The notes under the pieces were generated by a model, which was not told the DNA's origin, did no database searches, and saw nothing but the letters and a program-made list of their open reading frames with translations. Source: Gilvibacter sp. (GTDB taxonomy: Bacteria > Bacteroidota > Bacteroidia > Flavobacteriales > Flavobacteriaceae). From it: DNA of 64,000 bases. A program made the translations under genes and the position numbers. Shown here one piece after another: positions 1 to 11,274 of the stretch (position 1 is its first letter; each line of letters starts with the position of its first letter). The stretch lies in NCBI GenBank assembly GCA_965277295.1, contig OZ255720.1:215376-279375 (forward strand). Reading direction: 5' to 3'.

Positions 1-2
1 TA

Positions 3-296
3 ATAGGTACAATCACCATAAGTTTGGACGAAATTCTAAGTGTAGACGACCTAGAAATAAATTCCATACAATTACAACCCAACCCAGTCCAGAACGAATT
101 AGAAATTAGTGCAAGTCAAAGTGGCTTCAAGTCATTTACTATTTATAATCCTATTGGAACGGCAATTATGGATAAGCAAATAAATGGAGCTAACAACGCA
201 CGAATAGATGTTTCGAGCTTGCAAAGTGGCATTTATTTAATTCGTTTAATTACAACAGAAAATAAGGTGGTGGTAAGAAAATTAGTCAAGCGCTAA
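3..296 (+). CDS. T9SS-secreted protein, C-terminal fragment (5' end outside window)
   Basis: Frame open from base 3; LSVDD..I.LQPNP..N.L.I...[20 protein letters not shown] is a type A T9SS C-terminal sorting domain. Confidence 0.9.
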   Translation: MGTITISLDEILSVDDLEINSIQLQPNPVQNELEISASQSGFKSFTIYNPIGTAIMDKQINGANNARIDVSSLQSGIYLIRLITTENKVVVRKLVKR

Positions 297-1313
297 AACA
301 GCCTGATTAATTTTTTTAATAAGGGCAGGGCCTTCGTAAATAAAACCCGTGTAAAGTTGTACCAAACTAGCGCCAGCTTCCAGTTTTTCTATAGCATCTT
401 GCGCAGAGTGAATCCCCCCTACTCCAATAATAGGAAAAGCGTTGTTGCTTTCTTCAGCTAAAAATCTAATAACTTGTGTACTGCGATTGGTTAAGGGCTT
501 TCCGCTAAGACCTCCATTACCTATTGCATCTACTGTTTGTTTTGACGTTGTTAAAGGTTCTCGAGCAATGGTAGTGTTTGTTGCAATAACACCGGCAATT
601 TTTGTAGTTTTTACAATGTCTATAATATCCAATAGCTGTGAATCCGTTAAATCGGGCGCAATTTTAAGCAAAATAGGCTTAGGCGCTTGTTTCTTGGCAT
701 TTTCTACCATTAAGGTGTTAAGCAATGCCGTTAAGGGTTCTTTATCCTGCAATTCACGCAGATTTGGCGTATTAGGGGAACTTACATTCACAACAAAATA
801 GTCCACGTAGTTAAAAAGTTCATTAAAGCTAATTAGATAATCTTGCGTGGCTTCTGCATTCGGGGTTACCTTATTTTTACCAATATTTCCCCCAATAATA
901 ATTTTTGTTTTACGCTTTTTTAAACGGGCAACAGCTGGCACAACTCCTTTATTATTAAAGCCCATTCTATTAATAATGGCCTTGTCTTTTTTAAGCCTAA
1001 ACAGTCGTTTTTTAGGATTGCCGTCTTGTGGTTTTGGGGTAAGAGTCCCAATTTCTATAAAGCCAAAGCCAAAGTTAGACAGCTCGTTATAAAGCACTGC
1101 ATCTTTATCGAATCCAGCAGCCAATCCCACTGGGTTTTTAAAATGGATTCCAAAGAGTTCGCGGCCTAATTTTGGATTGTTTACCGTATAGATCGACTTA
1201 AATAAAGGTCCTAATCCGATTTTATGCGCAAATCGAATTAAACTAAAGGTAAAGTGATGTACTTTTTCGGGGTCAAAACAAAACAATAATGGGCGTAAAA
1301 GTACTTTATACAT
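282..1313 (-). CDS. pyrD: Quinone-dependent dihydroorotate dehydrogenase (class 2)
   Basis: [37 protein letters not shown] motifs. Confidence 0.97.
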   Translation of the reverse strand: MYKVLLRPLLFCFDPEKVHHFTFSLIRFAHKIGLGPLFKSIYTVNNPKLGRELFGIHFKNPVGLAAGFDKDAVLYNELSNFGFGFIEIGTLTPKPQDGNPKKRLFRLKKDKAIINRMGFNNKGVVPAVARLKKRKTKIIIGGNIGKNKVTPNAEATQDYLISFNELFNYVDYFVVNVSSPNTPNLRELQDKEPLTALLNTLMVENAKKQAPKPILLKIAPDLTDSQLLDIIDIVKTTKIAGVIATNTTIAREPLTTSKQTVDAIGNGGLSGKPLTNRSTQVIRFLAEESNNAFPIIGVGGIHSAQDAIEKLEAGASLVQLYTGFIYEGPALIKKINQAVLALD

Positions 1314-1330
1314 GCTGGGATTAATTTTGG

Positions 1331-1338
1331 CAAAAATA
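1331..1338 (-). promoter_or_regulatory. Bacteroidota sigma-70 -7 element for pyrD
   Basis: TATTTTTG on minus strand matches TAnnTTTG, 17 nt upstream of pyrD ATG. Confidence 0.6.
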
Positions 1339-1441
1339 CGTTTTCTAATGCTTTTTTGAATTCTTAAGTATAAAAAATATGGCTTGTACTACTGCGGGCT
1401 TATTGCTACTTTTACTAAAATTCAAATGTACAAGCCGACCT

Positions 1442-2674
1442 ATGATTACTAAAGAAAAATTAATTGAACGTTTTATTGGATACGTAACAACAGATACAGA
1501 AAGCGATCCCAATAGCGATACCACACCAAGTTCGGATAAACAATGGGTATTGGCAAAAGCTTTACACCAAGAACTTATAGAAATAGGCATGAGCGACGTT
1601 ACTATAGACGAAAAATCTTATGTAATGGCTACGCTTCCCGCTAATACAGATAAAAATGTTCCTACTATAGGATTTGTTTCGCACTTTGACACTACTCCAG
1701 ATTTTACCGGAGCTAATGTAAATCCGCAGATTCATGACAATTACGATGGGAAGGACATTGTTTTAAATGCCGAACAAAACATTGTGCTTTCGCCAGATTA
1801 TTTTGAAGATTTACTGCTCTACAAAGGCAAAACCTTAATTACTACAGATGGCACCACGTTACTAGGGGCAGACGACAAAGCGGGTATTGCAGAAATTGTA
1901 TCGGCCATGGAATACTTAATTAATAATCCAGAGATAATACACGGAACCATTCGTGTATGCTTTACGCCTGACGAAGAAATTGGACGCGGAGCGCATCATT
2001 TTGATGTAGAAAAATTTGGTGCCGATTGGGCCTACACCATGGACGGAAGTCAAATTGGCGAATTGGAATACGAAAACTTTAACGCTGCTGGGGCTGTAGT
2101 GACAATAAAAGGCAAAATTGTACACCCAGGATATGCCAAAGGCAAAATGATTAACAGTATGTATATGGCCAAGGAGTTTATTAATGGGCTTCCAGCCAAG
2201 GAAACTCCTGAGCATACAGAAGATCGAGAAGGCTTTTATCATTTATATGATATGCATGGGAGCGTGGATCAAACCAAGCTCCAATACATTATTCGTGATC
2301 ACGATAAAGAGCAATTCGAAGCGCGCAAACAGCATATGCTTTTATTGGCCAAACGATTAAACAAAGCCTTTGGAAGAGATGCCATTACTGTAGAAATTAA
2401 AGATCAGTATTTTAATATGCGAGAAAAAATAGAACCTGTAATGCATATTGTTACTTTGGCAAAAGAAGCAATGATCGAAGCTGGTATAACTCCTATTATA
2501 AAACCCATTAGAGGCGGCACCGATGGATCGCAACTAAGTTTTATGGGCCTACCCTGCCCCAATATTTTTGCGGGTGGACATAACTTTCACGGCCGCTTTG
2601 AATATGTTCCGGTAGAAAGTATGATTAAAGCAATTGAAGTAATTGTTAATATTGCTAAAAATAACGCACAATAA
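1442..2674 (+). CDS. pepT: Peptidase T (M20B tripeptide aminopeptidase)
   Basis: [40 protein letters not shown] motifs; start moved to ATG 1442. Confidence 0.96.
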   Translation: MITKEKLIERFIGYVTTDTESDPNSDTTPSSDKQWVLAKALHQELIEIGMSDVTIDEKSYVMATLPANTDKNVPTIGFVSHFDTTPDFTGANVNPQIHDNYDGKDIVLNAEQNIVLSPDYFEDLLLYKGKTLITTDGTTLLGADDKAGIAEIVSAMEYLINNPEIIHGTIRVCFTPDEEIGRGAHHFDVEKFGADWAYTMDGSQIGELEYENFNAAGAVVTIKGKIVHPGYAKGKMINSMYMAKEFINGLPAKETPEHTEDREGFYHLYDMHGSVDQTKLQYIIRDHDKEQFEARKQHMLLLAKRLNKAFGRDAITVEIKDQYFNMREKIEPVMHIVTLAKEAMIEAGITPIIKPIRGGTDGSQLSFMGLPCPNIFAGGHNFHGRFEYVPVESMIKAIEVIVNIAKNNAQ

Positions 2675-2725
2675 CAACTAAGGCATACTTCTTGTTGCTA
2701 AAACAAGTAGCTTTAAAAATCACCT

Positions 2726-3277
2726 ATGAAAAAACAGATATTAGTACTTCTGCTATGCAGTATTTCTACTTTTAGCTTTAGTCAAGAAGACACAAAAGAT
2801 CCCAAAGACAAAACCAACGCTAAGCATGAATTTAGAATAGACGCTTTAGAGGGTTTAGTCGTCCCCGCTTTAGACATAAGCTACGAATATATAATTAGTC
2901 AATATTCTGGTGTAGGAGCTACGCTTTGGTTAAGTTTTGATTCAGATATAGACGATTATCAAGACTTTGCTTTTACCCCATATTACAGACAATACTTTTT
3001 TAATAAAAAAGATTATGGCGCAAGAGGCTTTTATGCCGAAGGTCTATTACAATTTGCAAGAGGAGAAGAAGATGTTTTTGTAATTGATGGGTCATCTAAT
3101 AATACGACAGAAGATTGGTCTAAATTTGGAATTGGTTTTGCTCTTGGCCAAAAATGGGTAAGTAAAAACGGCTTTAGCCTAGATTTAAATATTGGCGGTG
3201 GACGCTATTTTGGTTCTAGCGATGTTGGCCCTGAGGCCTTTATTAGAGGCGGTATAGGAGTAGGATATCGTTTTTAA
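2726..3277 (+). CDS. Outer-membrane beta-barrel protein (DUF3575-like)
   Basis: Signal peptide, alternating beta-strands, C-terminal GIGVGYRF. Confidence 0.7.
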   Translation: MKKQILVLLLCSISTFSFSQEDTKDPKDKTNAKHEFRIDALEGLVVPALDISYEYIISQYSGVGATLWLSFDSDIDDYQDFAFTPYYRQYFFNKKDYGARGFYAEGLLQFARGEEDVFVIDGSSNNTTEDWSKFGIGFALGQKWVSKNGFSLDLNIGGGRYFGSSDVGPEAFIRGGIGVGYRF

Positions 3278-3296
3278 TTACAGTACAAAATAAAAC

Positions 3297-3325
3297 AAAA
3301 AAAGCCGCTCATAGAGCGGCTTTTT
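3297..3325. terminator. Bidirectional intrinsic terminator
   Basis: A7-GCCGCTC-ATA-GAGCGGC-T5 between convergent genes. Confidence 0.9.
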
Positions 3326-3344
3326 ATAAAATAGGATATCCCTT

Positions 3345-3626
3345 TTATTTTGCAGGAGCATTAAGCTTAGCGCTCATCTCCATAGAGAGTGCCGAACGTT
3401 CAAACTTTACTTTGCCAGCACCTGTTTCAATAATACAAGTACCATCGTCGTTTAAGTCTAAAACTTTACCGTGCATTCCACTTTTGGTAATAACACGATC
3501 TCCCTTTTTAAGTGCCGCAGCAAATTGCTTTTCTTGCTTTTGACGTTTCATTTGTGGGCGTATCATAAAAAAATACACCACTACAAACATTAAAATAAAG
3601 GGCAGAAAACTCTGTATTTGCTCCAT
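3345..3626 (-). CDS. yajC: Preprotein translocase subunit YajC
   Basis: FFMIRPQ..RQK and LKKGDRVIT.SGMHG motifs. Confidence 0.95.
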   Translation of the reverse strand: MEQIQSFLPFILMFVVVYFFMIRPQMKRQKQEKQFAAALKKGDRVITKSGMHGKVLDLNDDGTCIIETGAGKVKFERSALSMEMSAKLNAPAK

Positions 3627-3637
3627 ATATTACTCGC

Positions 3638-4138
3638 TTAGTTTCCTGAAGAATTAACTTGCAAAGGAGAACCATTAGCAGCTCCAGCTTTAGGAGTTAC
3701 AAAAGCTTTAATTTTAATAAGCTCTTTTCCGTTTTGCGTATTTGCAGTAATTGTTACTGTCTTACTTACTTGGTTTTGACCTGATCCGTTAAACTTAACT
3801 AACATTTCGCCTTCGCCTCCTGGAGGAATTGACTCTCTTGACCAAGTAGGAACTGTACAACCACAGCTACTCTTTGCATCTACTACAACTAAAGGAGCAT
3901 CTCCAGTGTTGGTAAACTTAAATAAGTGCTCTACGTTAGTACCTTGATCGATTGTTCCAAAATCATGTTCAGTGGTTTCGAAAACCATAACAGGAAATTT
4001 AGCCGCATCTGCGCTAGCATCTACGGTCGTCGTTGCGTCAGCTCCAGCAGTATCTGCTGCTTTATCGGCAGCATTTTCTTTACATGAAGTAAAAGAAAAA
4101 GCTACAATTGCAGCTAACATTAAAATTGATTTTTTCAT
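3638..4138 (-). CDS. DUF1573 domain lipoprotein
   Basis: Lipobox FTSC; HDFGTI, F.FTNTG..PL, SSCGCTVP, IPPG motifs. Confidence 0.88.
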   Translation of the reverse strand: MKKSILMLAAIVAFSFTSCKENAADKAADTAGADATTTVDASADAAKFPVMVFETTEHDFGTIDQGTNVEHLFKFTNTGDAPLVVVDAKSSCGCTVPTWSRESIPPGGEGEMLVKFNGSGQNQVSKTVTITANTQNGKELIKIKAFVTPKAGAANGSPLQVNSSGN

Positions 4139-4189
4139 CTTTTTAAATTTAATTTTTTAAGCGTGGCTAAAATAATCATTTTTTTATTT

Positions 4190-5134
4190 CTATCTAAGCC
4201 CACGCCCGATTTTATTAAGTGTATTGTTTTCGCGGTATTCGTTAACTAATTTGTCTAGAATTCCATTTATAAAAATACTGCTTTTTGGGGTAGAATATTC
4301 CTTTGCAATTTCTAAATATTCGTTAATTGTTACTTTGACAGGAATCGATGGGAAATATAAAAATTCGGCAATCCCCATTTTTATCATAATTAAATCTAGA
4401 TCTGCAATACGCTCTTTATCCCAATTTGGCGTCTTGTCAACCACGGCTTTTGTTAGCTCAGAATCCTTTAGAATCACCTTTCTAAAAAGGGCTAAGCCAA
4501 ATTCGAGGTCGTCGTCGTTCTTGTAAATTTCAGGTATCATTTTAACTCCTTTGCCACCAGAATTTAACTGCCTAATCATTTTTAAAATACCCGTATTTAC
4601 TAGCGGATAATCGTCCAACCAGGTTAAGCGTTTATCCTCTAAATAATCGTAAAGTTTGTCGTTTGGAGCTATAATTTGCTTAAAAAGGGCAATTACAAAC
4701 TGTCTATCTGCCTCAAAATCAGGGTTATCCAAAGCCATATACTCCTTGTAAATATCTGAATCTCGCATTTCGCGATACAATAAACTAACGTATTCGTTGT
4801 CCAATGACCACAAATCCAGTTTGCGCTTTGCCACAATTGCAGCTAAATCTGAGTTTTCAGAGCATAGTGCAATAACGCGATTGTTTACAAAAGCGGTGTT
4901 GGGATTAAGGTCTTCTTGGGTAACTAAATGCTTTTTCTTTCCCTTTTCAAGTTGGGATTCGGCATATTTATTAATATTAACCAGCATCCAAAGCATTAAA
5001 ATATGCAAGTCGCGCATTTGCTCCATACTGTAAACCAGAAACTTTTCCTGCTTTTTAAGATCGTCCAGGTTAATTTTGTCGAAGGCATAAATAGATTGTA
5101 ACACCTTTATGCGAATATGTCTTCTGGTAAGCAT
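4190..5134 (-). CDS. nusB: Transcription antitermination factor NusB
   Basis: MLTRRHIR start; C-terminal TINEYLEIAKEYST..S..FINGILD. Confidence 0.93.
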   Translation of the reverse strand: MLTRRHIRIKVLQSIYAFDKINLDDLKKQEKFLVYSMEQMRDLHILMLWMLVNINKYAESQLEKGKKKHLVTQEDLNPNTAFVNNRVIALCSENSDLAAIVAKRKLDLWSLDNEYVSLLYREMRDSDIYKEYMALDNPDFEADRQFVIALFKQIIAPNDKLYDYLEDKRLTWLDDYPLVNTGILKMIRQLNSGGKGVKMIPEIYKNDDDLEFGLALFRKVILKDSELTKAVVDKTPNWDKERIADLDLIMIKMGIAEFLYFPSIPVKVTINEYLEIAKEYSTPKSSIFINGILDKLVNEYRENNTLNKIGRGLR

Positions 5135-5178
5135 GGTATAAAAGAACTATAGGTTTACACTGACTAAATAAATCTGTG

Positions 5179-5186
5179 CAAAGTTA
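5179..5186 (-). promoter_or_regulatory. -7 promoter element for nusB-DUF1573-yajC
   Basis: TAACTTTG on minus strand matches TAnnTTTG. Confidence 0.6.
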
Positions 5187-5212
5187 GGCTAAAACAAAAA
5201 GCTGTGAAACTG

Positions 5213-6304
5213 TTACTCCTTTTTTCTTGCATCTATTCTGGCTTGAGCTATTTTAAATGCCGCGTGATGTGTTGTAATATTGCCGGCCTCTGCTTTAGTC
5301 AGGATTTCTAGTGTAGTATTGTAAATATTCTCGGTTTTACGCATAATGTCTGTTTTGCCATAATTTTCCAATTCGGCATAAACATTAATAATTCCACCTG
5401 CGTTAATTAAAAAGTCAGGAGCGTAAACTATTCCCAATTCTTGGAGCTTAGCTCCATGAAGGTTTTCGTCGGCAAGTTGATTATTTGCTGCACCTGCAAT
5501 TACTTTAGCTTGTAATTGATTAATGGTGTCGTTATTTATTGTTGCTCCAAGGGCGCAAGGTGCATAAATGTCCATAGGCTCGGCATAAATATTGTCTCCA
5601 CGATAAATGGTCGCACCATATTTTGCACTAACTTCTACTAGCTTATCCTGATTTATATCGGTCAAAAATACTTGAGCGCCTTCGTTGGTTAGATGCTCGA
5701 CTAAAGATTCCCCAACGTTTCCGATTCCTTGAACATAAACCACACGATTTTCTAAATCGTCTGTTCCAAATTTAAACTTTGCAGCTGCTTTCATTCCCAT
5801 AAAAACGCCATATGCAGTTATTGGAGAAGGATTACCTGCACCACCTTTAGATTCAGAAATACCAGTAACATAAGGGGTTACCGTTCGCACCAAATCCATG
5901 TCTTCCGTTTCCATTCCAACGTCTTCTGCAGTAATATAACGACCTCCTAACGAGTTAACAAACTCGCCAAATTTTAGCATGAGTTCTGGTGTCTTTTGTG
6001 TCTTGGCATCACCTATAATAACTGCCTTACCTCCACCTAAGTTTAAACCCGTAATGGCCGACTTATATGTCATTCCGCGTGAGAGTCTTAAAACATCGTT
6101 TAAGGCATCCCATTCATTCTTATATTGCCACATTCGGGTACCGCCCAAAGCAGGACCTAATACCGTATTGTGGATTCCAATTATTGCCTTTAATCCTGTA
6201 TCTTTGTCGTTGCAAAAAACGAGCTGCTCGTGATTGTCAAAAGAAAATTGTCCAAATACTGGGTCCGATTTACGCAATTGTTCGAAGGTTATTGCTTCTG
6301 CCAT
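5213..6304 (-). CDS. Glu/Leu/Phe/Val dehydrogenase (leucine dehydrogenase-like)
   Basis: LGPALGGTR, GMTYK, GGGKAV, TAEDVG, GAANNQL, APDFLINAGG; start moved to ATG 6304. Confidence 0.93.
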   Translation of the reverse strand: MAEAITFEQLRKSDPVFGQFSFDNHEQLVFCNDKDTGLKAIIGIHNTVLGPALGGTRMWQYKNEWDALNDVLRLSRGMTYKSAITGLNLGGGKAVIIGDAKTQKTPELMLKFGEFVNSLGGRYITAEDVGMETEDMDLVRTVTPYVTGISESKGGAGNPSPITAYGVFMGMKAAAKFKFGTDDLENRVVYVQGIGNVGESLVEHLTNEGAQVFLTDINQDKLVEVSAKYGATIYRGDNIYAEPMDIYAPCALGATINNDTINQLQAKVIAGAANNQLADENLHGAKLQELGIVYAPDFLINAGGIINVYAELENYGKTDIMRKTENIYNTTLEILTKAEAGNITTHHAAFKIAQARIDARKKE

Positions 6305-6421
6305 TGATTGTTTGAATTTAGATATCCTTAAAAAGGACATGCGAAATTAGTGGTTTATTGAATTATTAACAACAAAATAGACTTCAAAATAAGAATAATT
6401 TATTAACCGCCAAGTAACTAA

Positions 6422-8176
6422 ATGAAAGAGCTTCGTTATATAAATCAGTTTTTTATAAAGTACCGTGGACGGTTATTACTGGGGCTAATAATTACCGTTG
6501 CTGCCCGAATTTTTTCTTTATTCATTCCAATATTTATAGGGAATACCGTAGATGTAGTGCGTGCCTTTTACGATGGTGAAATTGTTGCAACAGAAGAGCT
6601 ATACAGTAAAATATTTTACAATATTCTAATCATCTTAGGCGCCGCTTTACTCTCTGGATTTTTTACATTTTTAATGCGGCAAACTATAGTCGTTGTCTCG
6701 AGATATATTGAATTCGATCTTAAAAATGTAATATTTAAGCAGTATCAAAACCTGTCGCTATCTTTCTATAAACAAAATAGAACAGGAGATTTAATGAACC
6801 GTATTAGCGAAGATGTATCTAAAGTTCGATTGTATACGGGTCCCGCAATTATGTATAGCGCAACTACAATTACCACTTTTGTGGTTACCATTAGTTATAT
6901 GCTTTACAAGGCTCCGCTTCTTACCTTGTATGTAGTATTACCATTGCCCGTTTTGTCTTTTGCCATATATAGGCTAAGTATGGCAATTCATAAAAGAAGT
7001 ACCATTGTTCAGGTGTATTTATCTAAACTCACCACCTTTACTCAAGAATCGTTTAGCGGTATTTCAGTAATAAAAGCCTACGGAATTGAGCCTCAAACCG
7101 AGCGCGATTTTCACGAACTGGCCGAAGGCAGCAAAAACAAGAATATAGATCTGGTTAAAGTTCAGGCCTTGTTTTTTCCTTTAATGATTTTACTTATTGG
7201 ATTAAGTAACACGTTGGTAATTTATATTGGAGGAACCCAATATATTAATGGCGAAATTGAATTTGGAACCATTGTTGAATTTTTAGTTTACGTAAATATG
7301 CTTACTTGGCCAGTGGCTATAGTGGGTTGGGTAACGTCTATGGTTCAGCAGGCGGCAGCGTCCCAAAAAAGGATTAACGAATTCTTGAATGAGCAACCAG
7401 AAATAACAAACAATATTCAAGAAGCGACAAATATTGAGGGAAGCATCGAATTTAAAAACGTAAAATTCACCTACCCAGACACGAATATTACTGCGCTAAA
7501 AGGGGTTAGTTTTAAAGTAAAGCAAGGACAATCTTTAGCGATACTAGGTAATACAGGATCGGGTAAATCGACTATTCTGGAACTATTAGGCCGTTTATAC
7601 GATATTGAAAGAGGAACCTTAACAATAGACAACACACCAATTACTGCTATTAATCTAAAATCGTTAAGAACTGCACTAGGTTATGTACCACAAGATGCAT
7701 TTTTATTTAGCGATACCATTAGCAACAACATTAAATTTGGACGTGAGGACGCAACTCAAGAAGAAATAGAGCAGGCTGCAAAAAATGCCGTGGTTCATGC
7801 AAATATTGTTGAATTCAACAACGGGTATAATACGGTACTTGGGGAACGTGGAATTACGCTAAGTGGAGGACAAAAACAGCGAGTTTCTATTGCACGGGCT
7901 ATTATTAAAAATCCTGCAATCTTGCTTTTAGACGATTGTCTTTCTGCCGTAGATACCGAAACCGAAGAGGCCATTTTAAAAAATCTAGGTGAAATCTCTA
8001 AAAACACAACGACCATAAGAGTGAGTCACCGAGTATCTTCAGCAAAAAATGCCGACATGATAATTGTTTTAGACAACGGAGAAGTAATTCAGCAAGGGAC
8101 TCATAATGAACTGGTAAACCAAGAGGGTTATTACAACGAATTGTACAACAAACAACTGGCCGAAAAAGAAATTTAG
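6422..8176 (+). CDS. ABC exporter, fused permease and ATPase (MdlA/MsbA-like)
   Basis: Six-TM N-terminus, Walker A GNTGSGKS, LSGGQKQR, LDD Walker B, SHR. Confidence 0.93.
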   Translation: MKELRYINQFFIKYRGRLLLGLIITVAARIFSLFIPIFIGNTVDVVRAFYDGEIVATEELYSKIFYNILIILGAALLSGFFTFLMRQTIVVVSRYIEFDLKNVIFKQYQNLSLSFYKQNRTGDLMNRISEDVSKVRLYTGPAIMYSATTITTFVVTISYMLYKAPLLTLYVVLPLPVLSFAIYRLSMAIHKRSTIVQVYLSKLTTFTQESFSGISVIKAYGIEPQTERDFHELAEGSKNKNIDLVKVQALFFPLMILLIGLSNTLVIYIGGTQYINGEIEFGTIVEFLVYVNMLTWPVAIVGWVTSMVQQAAASQKRINEFLNEQPEITNNIQEATNIEGSIEFKNVKFTYPDTNITALKGVSFKVKQGQSLAILGNTGSGKSTILELLGRLYDIERGTLTIDNTPITAINLKSLRTALGYVPQDAFLFSDTISNNIKFGREDATQEEIEQAAKNAVVHANIVEFNNGYNTVLGERGITLSGGQKQRVSIARAIIKNPAILLLDDCLSAVDTETEEAILKNLGEISKNTTTIRVSHRVSSAKNADMIIVLDNGEVIQQGTHNELVNQEGYYNELYNKQLAEKEI

Positions 8177-8237
8177 CATTTGGTTGTGTTATTTGGAATT
8201 TTTTTAGATTTTTGGCTAACGCTAAAAAATTAAAAAC

Positions 8238-8627
8238 ATGAGTGAGCATCGTATGGTAGAAAAAGAAGAAATTCATTCTAAAGTCCTACGGGCTGGAAGA
8301 CGAACTTACTTTTTTGACGTGAGAGCGACCAGGGCTGGAGATTATTACCTTACTATAACAGAAAGCAAAAAGTTCACTAATGACGACGGTTCGTTTCATT
8401 ACAAAAAACATAAAATTTATCTGTATAAAGAAGACTTTAGCACCTTTAGAGCCCACGTAAACGAAATGATTGATTTTATTATCGCCGAAAAGGGAGAAGA
8501 AGTAATTAGCGAACGTCACCAAAAAGATTACAAAAAAGAAACTCCCGAGTACGGTGGTGACAATCAGGAGCACGCCAGTACCGAAGGAACACAAAGTTTT
8601 ACCGATCTTAGTTTCGAAGACATTTAA
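8238..8627 (+). CDS. PUR-family DNA/RNA-binding protein (DUF3276)
   Basis: SK.LRAGRRTYFFDVR, YLTITESKK, HKIYLYKEDF motifs. Confidence 0.9.
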   Translation: MSEHRMVEKEEIHSKVLRAGRRTYFFDVRATRAGDYYLTITESKKFTNDDGSFHYKKHKIYLYKEDFSTFRAHVNEMIDFIIAEKGEEVISERHQKDYKKETPEYGGDNQEHASTEGTQSFTDLSFEDI

Positions 8628-8646
8628 GCTTTAATATGACTTTAAG

Positions 8647-8679
8647 AAAAACCGCTGTTTTAATACAAGCGGTTTTTTT
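8647..8679 (+). terminator. Intrinsic terminator
   Basis: AAAAACCGCT...AGCGGTTTTT stem followed by a T run, downstream of PUR gene. Confidence 0.8.
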
Positions 8680-8744
8680 ATCTTTATACTTTATGCCATT
8701 TTACACAGAAGAGTCTGTGTAGCAACAACCAATAACCAATCATC

Positions 8745-11258
8745 GTGAAGCATTTAATACTTTCATTAATTGTTCTAGCTAGCAGTATGTCTATTGCTCA
8801 GGACTATCAAGTAGAACTCGATTATTTTTTACCAACTAACGTTAGCTATAACCCAGATATACCAACACCACAAAGTGTTGTTGGCCACAATGTTGGGGAT
8901 TGGCACATTACACACGATAAATTAGCCATGTATATGATGGCTTTAGCCCAGGCCAGTGATAGAATTACAATAGAGAATCGCGGATCAACTTTCGAAGGCC
9001 GCCCAATTTTATTGCTAACCATTACTTCGCCAAGTAATCACAGTAATATTGCCACTATTCAGGCCAATCATATGGAGCTTACCGATTCGGGAAGCGGCGA
9101 TACCTCTAATATGCCCATAGTGGTTTATCAAGGTTTTTCTATTCACGGAAACGAACCGAGTGGAGCCAATGCTGGCTTGGTTTACGCCTATTATTTAGCG
9201 GCCGCTCAGGGGCCAGAAATAGATGCTCTCTTAGACAATACCGTAATTTTATTAGACCCATCGTTTAATCCAGACGGTTTACAACGATTTGCTTATTGGG
9301 CAAACATTCATAAAAGCCAGAATATAAACCCAGACCCAAACGATCGTGAATACAGCGAAGTTTGGCCAGGAGGACGTACCAATCACTATTGGTTCGATAT
9401 GAACCGAGACTGGTTACCCGTGCAGTTGCCGGAATCTAGAGCTCGTATTGCGAGTTTTCATAAATGGTATCCAAATATTCTAACCGACCATCACGAAATG
9501 GGAACCAATGCCAGTTTCTTTTTTCAGCCAGGAATTCCATCAAGAACGCATCCGCTTACACCGCAGCGCAATCAAGATTTAACTGGAGAAATTGCCAAAT
9601 TTCATGCTGCGGCCTTAGATAAAATTGGTAGTTTTTATTATACCGAAGAAAGCTTCGACGACTTTTATTACGGAAAAGGATCGACCTTCCCAGATATTAA
9701 CGGAGGAATTGGAATTCTTTTTGAACAAGCATCCTCCAGAGGACATGCACAAGAAAGTGACAACGGAATATTAACATTTCCATTTACTATTCGCAATCAG
9801 TTTACGGCAGCCTTATCTACTATAGAGGCGGCTCAAAACATGAGCACCACTATATTGGACTATCAAAAACAGTTCTATGCAGATGCGCGTAAAGAGGGCT
9901 CTAAAGGCGGGGCTTATGTTTTTGGAGACCCAAACGATGCTGGAAAAACCTATCATTTTGCAGAAATTTTGAAGCGTCATAAAATTAAATTCCACGAGGT
10001 TAAAAACGATTTTACCTTAAACGGCAAAACCTACAAAAAAGGGTATAGTTATATTATTCCAAAAAATCAGAAGAATACCAGATTGGTAAATGCAATGTTC
10101 GATGTTAGAACAACTTTTACCGACAGTCTGTTTTACGATATCTCGGCCTGGACTTTTCCTATGGCCTTTAATATGAATTATAGTACAAGTGCCTCTTTAA
10201 GCAATGCGGGTCCAGAAGTTACCGACTTACAGCCCAAGCAGGTAAACACTATAAAGATGGGCAATTACGCCTATTTAATGGAATGGCATGAATATTATTC
10301 GCCTAAGGCCCTAAATGCTATTTTAAACAAAGGCTTGCGTGCTAAAGTTGGCATGAAACCTTTTTCTATAGCGGGTCAAGACTACGACTATGGAACCATA
10401 TTAATTCCTCTGCAAAATCAAGACATGAGTCCGCAGGATATTAGTAAATTTTTACAACAAGTAGCTAAAGAGAGCCATATAGAAATAATAGGTGTAAATA
10501 CCGGATTAACTCAAGGAATAGACCTTGGTAGTAATCAGTTTAGAGCTATAGAAAAACAAAAGGTAGCCATTATTATTGGCGATGGAATTACGCCATACGA
10601 TGCTGGTGAAATCTGGCACTTGTTTGATACCCGTTACCAAATGCACATTACCAAAATTGACACGCGTAATTTTGGAAGAACCGACCTAAGCAGTTATACA
10701 GACATAATTATTCCAAATTCTTGGGGTAACGCATTAGATAAAGACGATGCCGAAAAACTTAAAACCTGGGTTAGTGCAGGCGGAACCTTAATTGGCTATA
10801 AAAATATGGGGCGTTGGCTAAATAGAAACGAACTCATTAAAGTTAAGTTTAAAGCTACTCAAGACACGGCAAAAGCTATAAGTTTTGAGCAGCGTTCTGA
10901 CTATTTTGGCGCACAAGTTATAGGAGGCGCAATATTCCAAACTAAATTAGACAGAACACATCCAATTGCATTTGGTTATACCAACACCACCATGCCTACT
11001 TTTAGAAACAGCACCTTGTTTATGGAAGCAGATACCCAGAGCTATAATAATCCAATACAATATACCGCCAGTCCGCTATTGAGTGGTTATATATCTGAAG
11101 AAAACTTGGAACAACTTAAGAGTACTTCTATGGTAAAAATTCAAGGACGAGGACGTGGTCAAGTTGTTTACTTTACAGACAATACAAACTTTAGAGCCTT
11201 TTGGTACGGTACTAATAAATTACTAATGAACGCTATCTTTTTTGGCGATAAAATGTAA
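8745..11258 (+). CDS. Secreted M14 zinc carboxypeptidase
   Basis: Signal peptide; IHGNEPSG, NPDG..R, R.NHYWFDMNRD, DHHEMG zinc motifs; C-terminal GATase-like domain. Confidence 0.9.
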   Translation: MKHLILSLIVLASSMSIAQDYQVELDYFLPTNVSYNPDIPTPQSVVGHNVGDWHITHDKLAMYMMALAQASDRITIENRGSTFEGRPILLLTITSPSNHSNIATIQANHMELTDSGSGDTSNMPIVVYQGFSIHGNEPSGANAGLVYAYYLAAAQGPEIDALLDNTVILLDPSFNPDGLQRFAYWANIHKSQNINPDPNDREYSEVWPGGRTNHYWFDMNRDWLPVQLPESRARIASFHKWYPNILTDHHEMGTNASFFFQPGIPSRTHPLTPQRNQDLTGEIAKFHAAALDKIGSFYYTEESFDDFYYGKGSTFPDINGGIGILFEQASSRGHAQESDNGILTFPFTIRNQFTAALSTIEAAQNMSTTILDYQKQFYADARKEGSKGGAYVFGDPNDAGKTYHFAEILKRHKIKFHEVKNDFTLNGKTYKKGYSYIIPKNQKNTRLVNAMFDVRTTFTDSLFYDISAWTFPMAFNMNYSTSASLSNAGPEVTDLQPKQVNTIKMGNYAYLMEWHEYYSPKALNAILNKGLRAKVGMKPFSIAGQDYDYGTILIPLQNQDMSPQDISKFLQQVAKESHIEIIGVNTGLTQGIDLGSNQFRAIEKQKVAIIIGDGITPYDAGEIWHLFDTRYQMHITKIDTRNFGRTDLSSYTDIIIPNSWGNALDKDDAEKLKTWVSAGGTLIGYKNMGRWLNRNELIKVKFKATQDTAKAISFEQRSDYFGAQVIGGAIFQTKLDRTHPIAFGYTNTTMPTFRNSTLFMEADTQSYNNPIQYTASPLLSGYISEENLEQLKSTSMVKIQGRGRGQVVYFTDNTNFRAFWYGTNKLLMNAIFFGDKM

Positions 11259-11274
11259 TTTAAAGCTAATTTAT

